Positions 1-12,766 of a stretch of 64,000 nucleotides of DNA are shown piece after piece. The stretch comes from Octopus sinensis (Eukaryota). Within the stretch, counting starts at the first letter, position 1. Every line of letters begins with the position of its first letter. The DNA is taken from assembly GCF_006345805.1 (NCBI RefSeq), contig NC_043005.1, positions 79,918,001 to 79,982,000 of the forward strand, given 5' to 3'. The position numbers were made by a program, and so were the translations under genes. The notes beneath the pieces are model-generated. The model was not told where the DNA came from. It did no database searches and saw only the letters and a list, made by a program, of their open reading frames with translations.

Positions 1-230
1 TATTTCTTTACTACTCACAAGGGGCTACATAGAGAGGACAAACAAGGACAGACAAACGGTTTAAGTCGATTACATCGACCTCAGTGCGTAACTGGTACTT
101 AATTTATCGACCCCGAAAGGATGAAAGGCAAAGTCGACCTCGGCGGAATTTGAACTCAGAACGTAGCGGCAGACGAAATACTGCTAAGCACTTCGCCCGG
201 CGTGCTAACGATTCTGCCAGCTCGCCGCCT
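1..230 (-). mobile_element. tRNA-derived SINE, family A, full length
   Basis: The minus strand reads AGGCGGCGAGCTGGCAGAATCGTTAG (A-box-like) ... GAGTTCAAATTCC (B-box), then the body GCCTTTCATCCTTTCGGGGTCGATAAATTAAGTACCAG and a tail ending AAAGAAATA. More than 20 related copies occur in the window. Confidence 0.85.
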
Positions 231-548
231 GACTATACAAATATCGCAGATACATACATGTGATTTGAGGGAGATGTGGCTACTATCTCTAGTTTAGAGT
301 GCGTAGAGATGTCAGCGCTATCAACATGGATGAACTTACATCAATATGTCGGTATTTCTTTAGCTTGCTGTATCTTCAGACTAATCTAGTAACCAAGAGT
401 TCAAATTGATTAATTATCTGATTGGTAATAAACTGAAGTAAAACATAAACAGATCATGCGATTATATTTGTAATATGAACCTCCCAAAGTACATTTCTGA
501 CTTTTTCTCTCCTTTTAGTATAACTTCCAGAAGTGGGATTTCTCCGAA

Positions 549-940
549 GCCATGATCTGAGTTTAAATTCCGCCGGGGTCGAATTTGCCTTTCATCCTTT
601 TCGGGTCTATGAAATAAGTACAACACGAGCACTGAAATCTACGTAGTCGTCTTGTCCCTTCCCGCTCAGCTTATTAGCCTTGTATCAAAATTTGAAGTAA
701 AATTAATATGAAGTTATTCTATGGTGGCGAAATGGCAGAATCGTTACGAGGTCAGGCAAAATGCTTAGCAACATTTCGTCCGTCTTTACGCTCTGAACTG
801 AATTTCTCCTAAGGTCGACTTTGCCTTTCGTCCATCCGAGATCGATAAAATATGTACCAGTCGTGCGCTAGAATCGATTTTATCGACTTAGCCTCTATCC
901 AAAAACCGCTGGCCTTGTGCCAAAGTTTGAAACCAATATA
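549..940 (+). mobile_element. Two diverged family-A SINE copies (549-700, 722-940)
   Basis: Both carry the B-box and the GCCTTTCATCC...TCGATAAAAT..GTACCAG body. The second retains the GGTGGCGAAATGGCAGAATCGTTA head. Confidence 0.75.
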
Positions 941-1029
941 TAGTCATTGTCAGGCCAATCATATTGATAAAGATCTCTCACAAAAAAATCTAATATAGAT
1001 AACGATTCTATTGTTCACCTCTGCGTGAG

Positions 1030-1475
1030 GTGGTGAGATGGCAGAAGCGTTAGCACACCGTGCGAAGTGCGTAGATTCGGCCATTTAGTCCGTTTTAATA
1101 TTCTCAGTTCAAATTCCGCCGAGGGCCGACTTTGCCTTTCATCCTTCCGATCTCGATAAAATAAATACCAGTCAAGCACTGGCATTCATGTAACCTAGTG
1201 GTTCCCAAAGTGGGCAGTACTGCCCCTTGGGGGCAGTGGGATGATAATGGAGTGTCCAAAATGAGGTGATTGATGTAAATAAAAATAATAACAGGCTAAT
1301 TAGGTTTAAGTTTTAAGTGTGAAATACAGTTGTGTTGAATTTGCTGCAGAAAGTGGTCTATATTATGAGGGGGCACTAGGAATATGACCTGGAGGCCAAG
1401 GTGGGTAAATTGAAAACGAATTAGCCCCACCCACCAAACTGCTGGACTTGTACCAAATTTTAGAACCAATATGGA
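1030..1475 (+). mobile_element. Family-A SINE interrupted by a hAT-like MITE
   Basis: Head and body lie at 1030-1195. The tail (GCTGGACTTGTACCAAATTTTAGAACCAATA) resumes at about 1430-1472. Confidence 0.65.
1197..1425. mobile_element. hAT/Charlie-like MITE (decayed)
   Basis: Starts TAGTGGTTCCCAAAGTGGG, resembling the CAGTGGTTCCCAAA terminus of hAT-Charlie MITEs, with GGGGGCAGTGGGAT/GGGGCACTAGG internal motifs. The right TIR is only vaguely visible. Confidence 0.5.
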
Positions 1476-1759
1476 GTCATTGTTTCCTTATCAGGCCAAT
1501 CCTATTGTTAAAGATCTCTCACAAGAAAATCTATGTGAACAACTATAATATAGATATGTATTTTATTGTTCTACTTGATTAGCGCCTGCATTGAATGGGC
1601 TTTTTTTATTTCTTTGTTTCTTTTTTTTTTCGTTCATTCGTGGTTTAAATATAGACTCGTAATTATTTGATTACCTCAAAAGATTTTTATTACTTTTTTA
1701 TGACCAGATAATATTATTCTGGGTGAATTATACTTCTAAATTGAGATCAGTGCGAGTGA

Positions 1760-1789
1760 TGTATATGTATGTGTATGTGTATATATATA

Positions 1790-1885
<96 letters not shown>

Positions 1886-2047
1886 GCATATATATACACA
1901 TACATATATATATACATACACATATATACATATCTATCTATATATACATATGTATGTATATAATAATATTTATGTTCGTGTATATATATTTGTACGTATG
2001 TGTTTGTATGTATATATGTATGGGGTTAAGTATAAATACGTACATAA

Positions 2048-2108
<61 letters not shown>

Positions 2109-2200
2109 GTGTGTGTGTGTGTGTGTGTGTGTATCTACATGTGGATATATATATATTTATATGTGTGTGTTTGTGAGTATTAACGCCTGTGTGCTGTATG
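1760..2200. repeat. (TA)n/(TG)n compound microsatellite
   Basis: Direct reading. It produces the spurious YIYI/CVCV ORFs. Confidence 0.95.
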
Positions 2201-2519
2201 TATGTGTATATATTTCTGATTGTGTAATAATGTGTTATATGGCATTCACTGACCTCGTCAACAGATTCACCTTTCGACCTTACTTCATAGAAGAGCAAAT
2301 ATTTACAACATAATCCACCCGACAGTGCTAGTAACATTCCACCCGTATTTATTTACTATTTGTCTTTTATGCTTCACGAACAAATCTACCCGTGTAGTTG
2401 CTTTTTTTTTTTCAAAGCCAGGAACTTATTCAGTCGTTCTCTGTGAGCCGAACTGCTAGGTTTCGGAAACTTAAGCAATCTAGCGCTAGTTGTCAAGCGG
2501 TTGTAGGCAAAAAATACAA

Positions 2520-2783
2520 AGACATGCACGCATGCGCACACGCACATAGACACATACACACATCGACACACACACGCGCACGCACATACACGCACACACA
2601 TCCACACACACACACGCACACACATCCTCACATGCGTGCGCGCATACACACACACACGCAAACACAGACGCACACACACAAACGCACACACATCCACACA
2701 GACACATACACACACACATACAGACACACGCACATACGCGCACACGCAAGCACACGCAAACACACTCGCACATGCACACACAG
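2520..2783. repeat. Imperfect (CA)n/(CG)n microsatellite
   Basis: Direct reading. Confidence 0.9.
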
Positions 2784-2784
2784 A

Positions 2785-3305
2785 GAGGCTTCTTTCAGTT
2801 TCCTGCTACCAAACTCACAAAGCTTTAGTTTTCCCCGAGAATCCCCTGCCCAAGGTGCCACGCAGTAACTGAACCCGGAACAATGTTGCGGCGCTTAGAC
2901 TCGCTTGAGGCGCAGGTGTGGCGCTGTGGTAAGAAACTTGGTTCCCAACTTCACGGTTTCCGGTTCAGTTCCACTGCATGATAGCTTGGGCAACTGCTTT
3001 CTACTATAGCCCCGGTATCCTCGAGCCGATCAACGCCTTTTGAGTGAATTTGATTGACAGAAACTGAAAGAAGCCCATCGTATATGTTTGTGTGTGCACT
3101 TGTGAGAGTGTTTCTCCTCCATCACTGCTTGACAACCGGTATTGGTGTATTTACGTCCCCCTATCTAAGCGGTTCGGCAAAAGAGATCGATAGAATAAGT
3201 GCTAGGCTTAAACAGAAAGAATAAGCATTAGGTTCAATTCAGTCGACAGCAAATCCTTCAAGGCTGTGCCCCAACATGGCCACGGGCTAATGACTAAAAC
3301 AAGCA
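2785..3305. mobile_element. Family-B SINE pair, head-to-head: 2785-2890 (-) and 2910-3305 (+)
   Basis: Shared motifs GGTTCAGTCCCACTG (B-box-like), CCTTGGGCAAGTG (CORE-like), GAAACTGAAAGAAGCCC, an internal microsatellite and a 3' part GATAGAATAAGTACTAGGCTT...CCAGCATGGCC...ATGACTGAAACAAG. Confidence 0.75.
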
Positions 3306-3361
3306 ATAGATAAAAAATAAAAGATGCTATTTTCTTTTCGCGAAATATTCACCGAAGCAAC

Positions 3362-3592
3362 CGTCATCGTCATCATCACCGTCATCATCATCATCATCAT
3401 CATCCTCATCAATATCATCACCATCATCATCATCACCATCATCATCAGCAGCAGCGTCATATTCATCATCATCACGACCATCACCACGACAACCACCATC
3501 ATCTTTATAATGATGATGACAATTTTGATTGTGATGATGATGATGATTACTACCACCACAATCACAGTCACCACGATTATCATCATCACCAC
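3362..3592. repeat. Imperfect (CAT)n trinucleotide repeat
   Basis: Direct reading. Confidence 0.9.
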
Positions 3593-4053
3593 TCCATGCT
3601 GGCCCCACGGCACCTCTTGTTATTACGTGTCATATTTATGGCACATTCTCTTCCCGTAATGATCTGCGAACTAAATATGAACTAAATGTCAAATGCTACT
3701 ACCATATCCCCGTCTATAAACATCCTCACATCTTGCAGCACCAGCTCTTGAACAGGTGTGAAGCGTAATCACCTGTCACTTTATCTCTTCCTCCTTCTTA
3801 ATGATAAGGCACACTTCTCTGTATTCCCTGCCCCAGTCGATGGTTCATGTACCCTGCACAACATCTGCTAGTGATCCTTTTATCCTAACCATTCATTTGA
3901 AGATATAAAGAAGCAGAATGAAACAGAATTCTTGGGGGTTCCCGTCTTTATATTGCTTGTGGCATCTCACCCCTGTGTATCTGCATTTGTCTGTTAAACA
4001 GCTGACATCTCTTATATTTCATGATGTTTTTGCACCCATTCCTATGTTATGTA

Positions 4054-4133
<80 letters not shown>

Positions 4134-4214
4134 TACAAGCTTATATCACGTTTTCTATGCTACGTTTTAAATTTTACGTACGGATAGTTGTTACTAATAC
4201 AAAAGAATTGTTGC

Positions 4215-4725
4215 CATGAGTATTATTATTATTATATGAAAACTCACAGCTTATTTTACTGGGTCTGATTGAAAGTGTCAACTGTCCACAGCCAGCAGAC
4301 TAAGGTGACACTTGTTTACTGGTCATGCTTCAAGAACCCTGCAAAGAATTCTTACAGTTCCAATCAATGCTGATTTTTCTAGGTGCTCCACCTTTCCGCT
4401 TGCACCGATCTTTCTCAGCCATGTTGATAGTTGAGTGCTGATACTTCCAACTTCACAAATTGCTATTGGTATCACGTCTACTCTCTTCATTGACCACAAC
4501 CTTCGTATTTCCCACGTCAAATCGTCATAGCTGTTTAACTTCCTTTCATCTTCCACTTTGATCCTGTCATCACCGGGGCATGCTATGTTGATTGTCATAC
4601 ACGTTCTTTCAAATTCATCAAAACAATGTCCAGTTTCTGATGTCAGGTCGCACTGGATTTTGCAATTCTCATTTTAAGTGACTTCTTCTGGAGTTTGCTC
4701 ATATCAAGTCTTTGCTTTTTGTAGG
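4215..4725 (-). mobile_element. R4/Dong-like non-LTR retrotransposon 3' fragment (restriction-like endonuclease C-terminus, 3' UTR and (TAA)n tail)
   Basis: Minus-strand peptide ...NENCKIQCD...TINIACPGDDRIKVEDERKLNSYDDLTWEIRRLWSMKRVDVIPI...GSIS...EHLEKSALIGTVRILCRVLE matches the typical RLE-clade C-terminus (IIDIACP..R....EK..KY.DL..EI.RLW....VIP.VIGALG...LQK.ALLGT.RILR.VL). A 3' UTR follows, ending in TAATAATAATAAT. Confidence 0.85.
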
Positions 4726-5049
4726 ATATGATTTCAACAGAGCTTCCAATGAATCATTCCTTCCACATTATCAAGGCGTCTCCTGTATTCGCGTTGTGCC
4801 AATTTCGGTCATTCGCTAACGATGTACCGTACCGTTTCACTCCTCTCACCACACATTCGGCATTTGTCGCTATCGGTAGTGTTTTCAGTTATGTACTTCA
4901 TATAGTTGGTCCATTATTACTATTATTATTATTATTACTATTTTTATTATTATAATTATTATTATTATTATATTATTATTATTATTATTATTAATATTAT
5001 TATTATTATAGTTTTTTTTCTAGGTTTCACTCAGGTTTCTAGGTTTCAC

Positions 5050-5930
5050 TCACAAAACGTGCTGAAAGGATGCTGTTCCTGAAAGTTTGTGCAAAGGTGG
5101 TGAATGCCTATATTGCATCCGTAATAACTTACCGTCTGACTGCTGTGCTTTGCCCCAATTCACGTTTCACCAGATTGGAGCTTCGTTTTTCTGCTTCAGG
5201 AAGAAATAAGTTTTTCTGCTTTCTGGAGGAAACAAGTTCCATTGTTTGGACGGGTTATCTGTTGCCTTCGCCCGCTGGAAGGTTGAATTGACATGCACTG
5301 GACTGTGTCACCGGCAGGTTTTCCTGGACGGTGAGAAGGTATGGTATCCGACAATAAGACGCCTCTCTTCGCAGCTCATATCATTGGAAACTGTAGTTTT
5401 GGGTCAAGAAAATATTAAGAACGGACGCCTGGAACCTAGCTACTGAAATACCATCAAGCGCTCACCACTCTCAATTAATAGGGCAATGTTTTCGGTAGAT
5501 TTACATTAGCAATATATGGAGGTTTAGTGGCGAGTAACAGCGAAGGAATTTTCGGGGAATCCCTAGAAGTCGTCGAGGACGAACTAGTTCGGTTGTTTCA
5601 GAGTATTTTCGCTCCTGTGACAGCCATGGATAACTTCCAAAAATCCCTTGACTGGCAGTGCGCCTCGGTAACAATTCCGGTCCAAGATAAAGTCTGCAAA
5701 TTTGGAATTACCACTCGACGAGGGTGCTCAAGATGTGCACAGGAAGACAAAACTTCACACGATGCACTCGTGCAGTGTACAAGTACTGCTGCCATGTGCA
5801 GTGATGACGAAAGTCTGTTGTCCCGTGTAAGGTGATTCCGGCTATAGAACGAGTCCAACGTGAAAAATCATACCGTCACCACCACCCACCTTTAACAAGG
5901 CAGGATAGGTAGCGTTCTACTGTTTAGGGG
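5050..5930 (+). mobile_element. Tx1/L1-like LINE ORF2 C-terminal remnant (RT thumb and zf-RVT-like CCHC region), frameshifted
   Basis: Peptides LFLKVCAKVVNAYIASVITYRLTAVLCP (cf. SL.GR..V.N.YI.S...Y) and FQKSLDWQC...IPVQDKVCKFG...GCSRCAQEDKTSHDALVQC (cf. LP..D.L...G....C.RC....ET..HAL..C). Confidence 0.7.
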
Positions 5931-5992
5931 CTATGGCGAATCAGGTTGTGCAATGAACAAGGCTGAAAGGAATGAGGAATGACACCTTACAG

Positions 5993-6200
5993 TTCTATAT
6001 TTAAGAGATGTGGAATTATGTACATTATTTACATTATTTACACTATTTACATTTGAAGGATATTTGTCCTCATCTAGTTCGTTGTTAACACAACGTTTCG
6101 ACTGATATACTCTCCAGCCTTCTTCAGGTGTCTCGGGGAAATTTCGAGATGAGGACAAATATCCGTCGATTGTAAATAATGCAAATAATGTAAAGAATGA
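5993..6200 (-). mobile_element. Penelope-like element terminal (pseudo-LTR) repeat with short inverted duplication
   Basis: Near-identical to 46672-46860. The segment 6147-6195 is the reverse complement of about 6025-6075. It contains a hammerhead motif. Confidence 0.7.
6087..6132 (-). ncRNA. Minimal type-I hammerhead ribozyme motif (intact core)
   Basis: The minus strand reads GACAC-CTGAAGA-A-GGCTG-GAGAGTATAT-CAGTC-GAAAC-GTT-GTGTT. This gives stem I GACAC/GTGTT, a CUGANGA core, stem II GGCTG/CAGTC, GAAA, a palindromic AACGTT stem III and a GUU cleavage triplet. Confidence 0.7.
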
Positions 6201-6582
6201 AACCTTATTCGGTCAAGCCCTCATTGAGGTTCCTAAGTTCCACTTGTAAACTGACGACAGATGAGCTCTCTCTTTCCCTCTCGCTCTCTCTTCCCTCGCG
6301 TATTAGTCTAATGGTGGAGGAATGTTCGAAGAAAAGGTTAGGGTGAATGGACGCACTCTAAGCATATGCTTATAGATGGGAAACCCAGAGATGTGTGAAG
6401 GCTTGTGTGCTCGGTAGTCAGAGTGATCCTGGATCGGTGGGGTACCTTGATTTGCGGTGGTTATGGGATCTCTTGTATCAGAAGGGCTGAATCTTTCGCA
6501 TGTTCACATATTTTGTACACTATCTATATCTTCCTCTCATTTTCTCTCCCTTTCCCTTTTCTCTCATCTTTTAAGTACCCCG

Positions 6583-6627
<45 letters not shown>

Positions 6628-6699
6628 AACAAATTGTAAACTGTCCTACTGTAATTTCATCTGAAACCCTTGCGGCAAATAAAAAGAAATTATTATCAT

Positions 6700-6845
6700 T
6701 CTTCTTTTTCTTCTTTTTCTTCTTCTTCTTCTTCTTCTTCTTCTTCTTCTTCTTCTCTTCTTCTTCTTTCTTCCTTCTTCTTCTTCTTCTTCTTCTTCTC
6801 TTCTTCTTCTTCTTCTTCTTCTTCATTATTATTATTATTATTACT
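6700..6845. repeat. (TTC)n then (ATT)n microsatellite
   Basis: Direct reading. Confidence 0.95.
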
Positions 6846-7385
6846 TTCCCTTTCATCCTTTCGGGGTCAAAAAATTAAGTAGCAGTTTTGTACTGGGGTC
6901 GATGTAATCGACTTAACCGGATCTTTTCTATTCTGAAGCCAGGACCACAGATCTTTCTACTTAACTAAATATCTGAAACTTCGTATGCTGATAGAGTCTA
7001 GCAAAACAAGACACAGGTTGGAACTAGTTATTTGAGAAAAATCTATTTTATGACTTTAATCGTAGATTAAACTGCGAATTTTAACCAATCAGATTGTTTG
7101 TTTTCATGTGTAAACTTGACTGCATTCTATTAGTGTGACGTAGAAGCGCTTTTGTGACGTACTAACGTTCGGAAAACTGTAAACAAACACGGCAGACGAA
7201 ATACGGCTACGCACTTCGCCCGGCGTGCTAACGTTTCTGCCAGCTCTTTGCTTTTTTAATATTAATTTCGGCGAAGTTTCGCTTGTCGTAGCACAAGTTT
7301 ACCGTCGATTTCCGTAAAAAACTTTTATTTTTTTACATAAGTAATAGAGAGGCGAAAGACTAGAGGAGCGATTTTATGACGAGGG

Positions 7386-7919
7386 AAGTTTGTCTTTGAA
7401 GTTACCGTCTAGGGGAAGCATTGATGTACATGTGTGTGTGTGTTTGATGGGGTGTGGGAGACAGTATGTTGTGTAAGTGAAGTGCTTCTGTTAGTGTGTG
7501 TGAAGAGACAGAGAGAGTAATGTGTGAAAGAGAGAGATAACTGAAATTTTTTACTCGGTGTATGTGTATATGTATGTCTGCATGTATGTGTGTGTGTGTA
7601 TGTATCTATGTATGTATGGCCGATTCATCGTAATTACGATGAATCGGCCATACATACATACACACACACATACATACACACACACACATACTTACACATA
7701 CATACACACACACATACATGCAGACATACATATACACATACATCGAGTAAAAAATTTCAGTTATCTCTCTCTTTCACACATTACTCTCTCTGTCTCTTCA
7801 CACACACTAACAGAAGCACTTCACTTACACAACATACTGTCTCCCACACCCCATCAACACACACACACACACACATGTACATCAATGCTTCCCCTAGACG
7901 GTAACTTCAAGACAAACTT
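7386..7919. repeat. Spacerless long palindrome (arms about 248 and 286 bp)
   Basis: The centre is GGCCGATTCATCGTAA|TTACGATGAATCGGCC at 7633/7634. The arms are reverse complements out to AAGTTTGTC...GACAAACTT, differing mainly in microsatellite length. Confidence 0.9.
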
Positions 7920-8253
7920 TTGTTATTAGAAGGGGGCTGACTATAGCTTGTTTACATTTAAGAGTCTAATACGTCACGAAATTGGTGGTCGAGACGAAGT
8001 AAATAAAATAAAGCCGAATGACGGAATATCATTGGTTAAAATTCTAATTATTAAACAACGTTAAACTTAGAAGTTACAATTCCGTTTTCATTCTGGTTTA
8101 CAATTAAGTTTACTTTTGACACATTCTACCAGTATACGAAGTTTCAAATTGTTTGGTTCAGTAGGAAAAATTTGAAAAAACTGGCTTCAGAATAGAAAAG
8201 ATCCACTTAACCTCTGCTCCCAAGTTTCAGGTCTTGTACCTATAGCAGAAGGG

Positions 8254-8337
<84 letters not shown>

Positions 8338-8690
8338 GAGTGAGAGAGCAGTTCATGCCATCAAAGTGACACTGGGGTAAAATATACGAAGCCCAATATA
8401 CCCATCATGACTACCCGTCTGATAAAGGTACACCAGGCACATGCATCACAACCATATGTGCGCGACATGGTGATCTCATATCAAGATAAACAGCACATGG
8501 CCTTGCAGGTGGGGCCCAGTTAGAATTTTCTTCAGGTTGAGTAGCCCATCCCTCTCAAAAGGTCCCTGAATAAGGGTTGTTTAAGGATGTTGAAAGAACC
8601 ACCCATGTTTCCAGAGGTGAACTATTCAAACCCCAAAGAATCCCTCTCAACACATGGCTATGATGCTCCCCCACTACTTCTGCTCGTGAT
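8338..8690 (-). mobile_element. Non-coding retroposon (family F), 5'-truncated copy embedded in (ATT)n
   Basis: Nearly identical to 62399-62750. Both copies end at the same CTGCTCTCTCACTC-(AAT)n terminus, and this one is shorter at the other end. Confidence 0.7.
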
Positions 8691-8705
8691 ATTATTATAA
8701 TTATA

Positions 8706-8761
<56 letters not shown>

Positions 8762-8772
8762 CATTATCATTT

Positions 8773-8820
<48 letters not shown>

Positions 8821-9745
8821 TAATTATTATTATTATATACTCTTATTCGGATTGCCATCGAATACAATCATGCGCATTCTCATCATTATCACAATCATCA
8901 TCATCCCCATCAACATCCTCATCATCATCATCATAATATGTTACACGCTAAATGTTATACATTATATGTAATAAATACGTTTACTTATCTGCTATTGTCA
9001 CCAATATGATAGTCATCATTATCATCATCATCGTCATCATTATCTTCATTATCATAATACTTATAATCACTTTAAAAAGAGGGAATTTTGAGTGAACCAC
9101 AAATAATAAATATTCCATTCTCTCGTTCAATCCATTTCCATTTCATCGGACTACAAATAGAGAAATAATTGATATTTTAGCTTTGAGCTTTTGCAACTTT
9201 CATCATTTTGTATTGAAAATTCCTTGCGGTTCTTAAAATCTATATAGTTGCGAAAGATGTATTGTCAACAAATATCTCGGCCAGTTCTTGGAGTACCAAG
9301 CATTCTATGACAAAAAAGAAAATCTATTTGGGCCTTTTCACCCGTCCTTGTTATAACTCTAATTCATTAAGATCCTTTTATAAATTCTTTGTTCAGATTA
9401 ACTTTACGCAAAGACACACCTAGATACCTACATACATACATACATAGATACATAGATACATACATAAGCATACATGCGATATTATATATATATATATATA
9501 TAATATATATATATATATAGATATATATATATAACATGCACAAACGCACACACTAACATATATGCCTAGATACACACTCAGGCATGCATACATGCACATA
9601 TACATATATACATACATACATGCATACATATGTATGTATATATATTGATAGACAGATAACACAGAAACACATATAAGTGCACAACGCATGCGCATTACAT
9701 ACACACGCTTGTCGTCATGTATGTATGCTTGTATGCTTGTATGTA

Positions 9746-9817
<72 letters not shown>

Positions 9818-10119
9818 ATAATAATATATAATATATACGTTTTGTGCATGTATACAGTGTATATATATGTATATAAAAAACGGAAAGGTGTGTTGACATG
9901 TAGCAACGTATGTTCATCGACTTTCTCCCACTCTTTCCGTGTGTATATATATACATGTATATATGTACGTGCGTGTTACATGCGTGTATGTGTGTATATA
10001 TATATAATGATTATGATAATGATGACTATATATATATACATGAGTGTGTATATATATGCGTATACACACAGCACACGTATATCAAAAGAGAGTGGGAGAG
10101 AGAATGTGAAATAGACGTG

Positions 10120-10165
<46 letters not shown>

Positions 10166-11214
10166 CACGTGTGCGCGTGTATCTATAACTATATACATGC
10201 GAGTATGCTTGCTCTGCACGAGTATATTTTTACGTAGACTACTGTGTCTACTTTACGCGTGTCTATGCACGCGTGTATACGTATGCATGCACTAGTATAT
10301 AAATATACATACATATATGTATATATATATTATATATATATATATATATACATAGCAGTGTGTATATCTAAAAAAAATAACTATATAATAAGAAGAAACC
10401 TTACTGACACGATTGTCTTCAATAGCCTGTTTCAGTTTTACTACACACACATACACGCACAATATTATATACATTTATTATATACACATATCGTTATAGA
10501 TATACTCAATTTATTATGTATATTTATTACATACATATAATGTAGAATAAAATATTAGATATGTATGTGTGTGTATCTTTGAAAGTCATGAATGCATAGA
10601 AAGTTGTATTGTTAAAGATCAGCAAATACAATGATTTGTTGATGAACAAATGATAGAAGGCAATTTTGCCTTCATTTTTCTCCTTTATAATAAGCATAGC
10701 AGAGCAAAATATTAACTTCTACAAATAAAGATCACTAAACAAGAAAAGTATGAACATTAGTTGATTTCTAGAATTTTGTTTATAGAAATAAACACACGCA
10801 TTCTTATATGCACACAAGGAGGTAAGCATGAGCACACACATACACACACACACACACACATGCATGCGTACGGCTAAAATATTATTTCTGTATTTCTAAT
10901 GTATACGTTTATGTATATTTATGTCGATTTGTGTAAGTATGCATTTATATGTATAGAAGTGTGTGTGTATGTATGTGAGTGTGTGGGTGTATTTGGGTGA
11001 GGGGAGTAGGGGTGAGGGTTAATATATTCTTCGTCTCTGTATACGTCCATTATATTTATCTATACATACGAAAATATAGTATCATAGAATCATAGAATCC
11101 GAAATATTACTTGAAAGAGATCATTGATGAATAGTCTAAAATTGAAATCTATATATATTGCATACAGATATGAACTATATATATACATATAAATATATAT
11201 ATTATATATATATA

Positions 11215-11255
<41 letters not shown>

Positions 11256-11479
11256 TATGAATGTATATATATATTTGTATATATATGTATGTATATATAG
11301 GCTTGTGTTCATATGAATTCATACAATGTGTGTCAGTATCAACAGTCCATATGAACATACGTTAATAAGCAGAGATTGCAGTAAGTTCATTGAATCCTAT
11401 GCTTATTTTTCATAATAACTCAGTGACACACACGGACACACCACTCCTATATACCTTCACACTCATATATACACGCATG

Positions 11480-11546
<67 letters not shown>

Positions 11547-11925
11547 ATGTATGTTTATGAATATATATGTAAATATAAATGTATATGTATTTGTATTTAT
11601 GCATGCAGGAGTATATATTATGCATAAAAATGTAGAAAGATATTTAGTTTGAATAGAAATATATAAACATATTTATATATGAATGGAAGCATCGCTCCCT
11701 CACCACCCCTCTGCTCTCTCGTCGTTCTTGCCTTCTTAATACGTCCATACATTCTTCCAAACATACACCCAGATAGCTAAATATATACACACACTCATAT
11801 ACATACGTGCATTCATATAATCGTACTTACATCAATAAATATATCTGTATTTCTATATGTATATATGTGAGTGTGTATGTGTATATATATGTATATATGT
11901 GTGCGTATTTATGTATAAATTATGA

Positions 11926-11992
<67 letters not shown>

Positions 11993-12509
11993 GCATGTAT
12001 GTATTTGTTTATGTATATGGTTATTGATATCGTAATAATTGAGTAAATTCCCAAATGAATATGATATTCAGAATATCTTTTGTCCATACTTTAAGCTACC
12101 TTACGATATTTTCCTTCTTATATCAACTTGAAAAGATGATCTAGGGCCAATATTTTTGAATACAAATCAAGAAATATCTTGTCCATTATTTGCTCTAGTC
12201 GTTCGGTAGAACATAACGATGGCCGATATAATATGGCGATTGGAAGATTGCAGTAAAATGACCGCAGATAACTCTTTTTACTAATTCTATCATACATAAG
12301 TGTGCTCCGTGAAAAAGGAGAAAAAAAAAAGAAATAAAAAACGCATATGCGTAATTGTATGTATGTATTAATGTGTGTGTATGTGTATGTGTGTATGTAT
12401 GTATGTATGTATGTATGTATGATGTATGTTTGTTTGTATATAGTAAATATCGAGTACCTGTATCAGTCCGCAGTAGTACCAATTTTAAAGAATGAGAACT
12501 TCTAGAGAA

Positions 12510-12766
12510 TGAAGAAGAAGAAGAAGAAGAAGAAGAAGAAGAAGAAGAAGAAGAAAGAAAGAGAAAGAGGAGAAGAGGAGCGAAGAAAAGAAGAAGAAAA
12601 AGAGAAGGAGAAAAGAAAAGAAGAAGGAGAAGAAGACAGAAGAAAAGAAGGAAGAAGAAAGAAGAAGAAGAAGAAGAAAGAAGAAGAAGAAAGAAGAAGG
12701 AGAAGAAGAAGAAGAAGAAGAAGAAGAAGAAGAAGAAGAAGAAGAAGAAGAAGAAGAAGAAGAAGG
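12510..12766 (+). repeat. Long (GAA)n-type polypurine tract
   Basis: About 255 bp of almost uninterrupted purines. It produces the spurious K/E/R-rich ORF. Confidence 0.95.

Noticed and set aside
1723-2313. 196-aa ORF and the many other YIYI/CVCV/HTHT/poly-I/poly-K ORFs in the track
   Set aside because: They are translations of (TA)n, (CA)n, (ATT)n and (GAA)n microsatellites that lack stops in some frames. They show no protein-like complexity.
7075-7155. CCAAT box plus two TGACGT sites as a promoter
   Set aside because: There is no associated gene or TSS evidence, and the stretch sits among repeat fragments.
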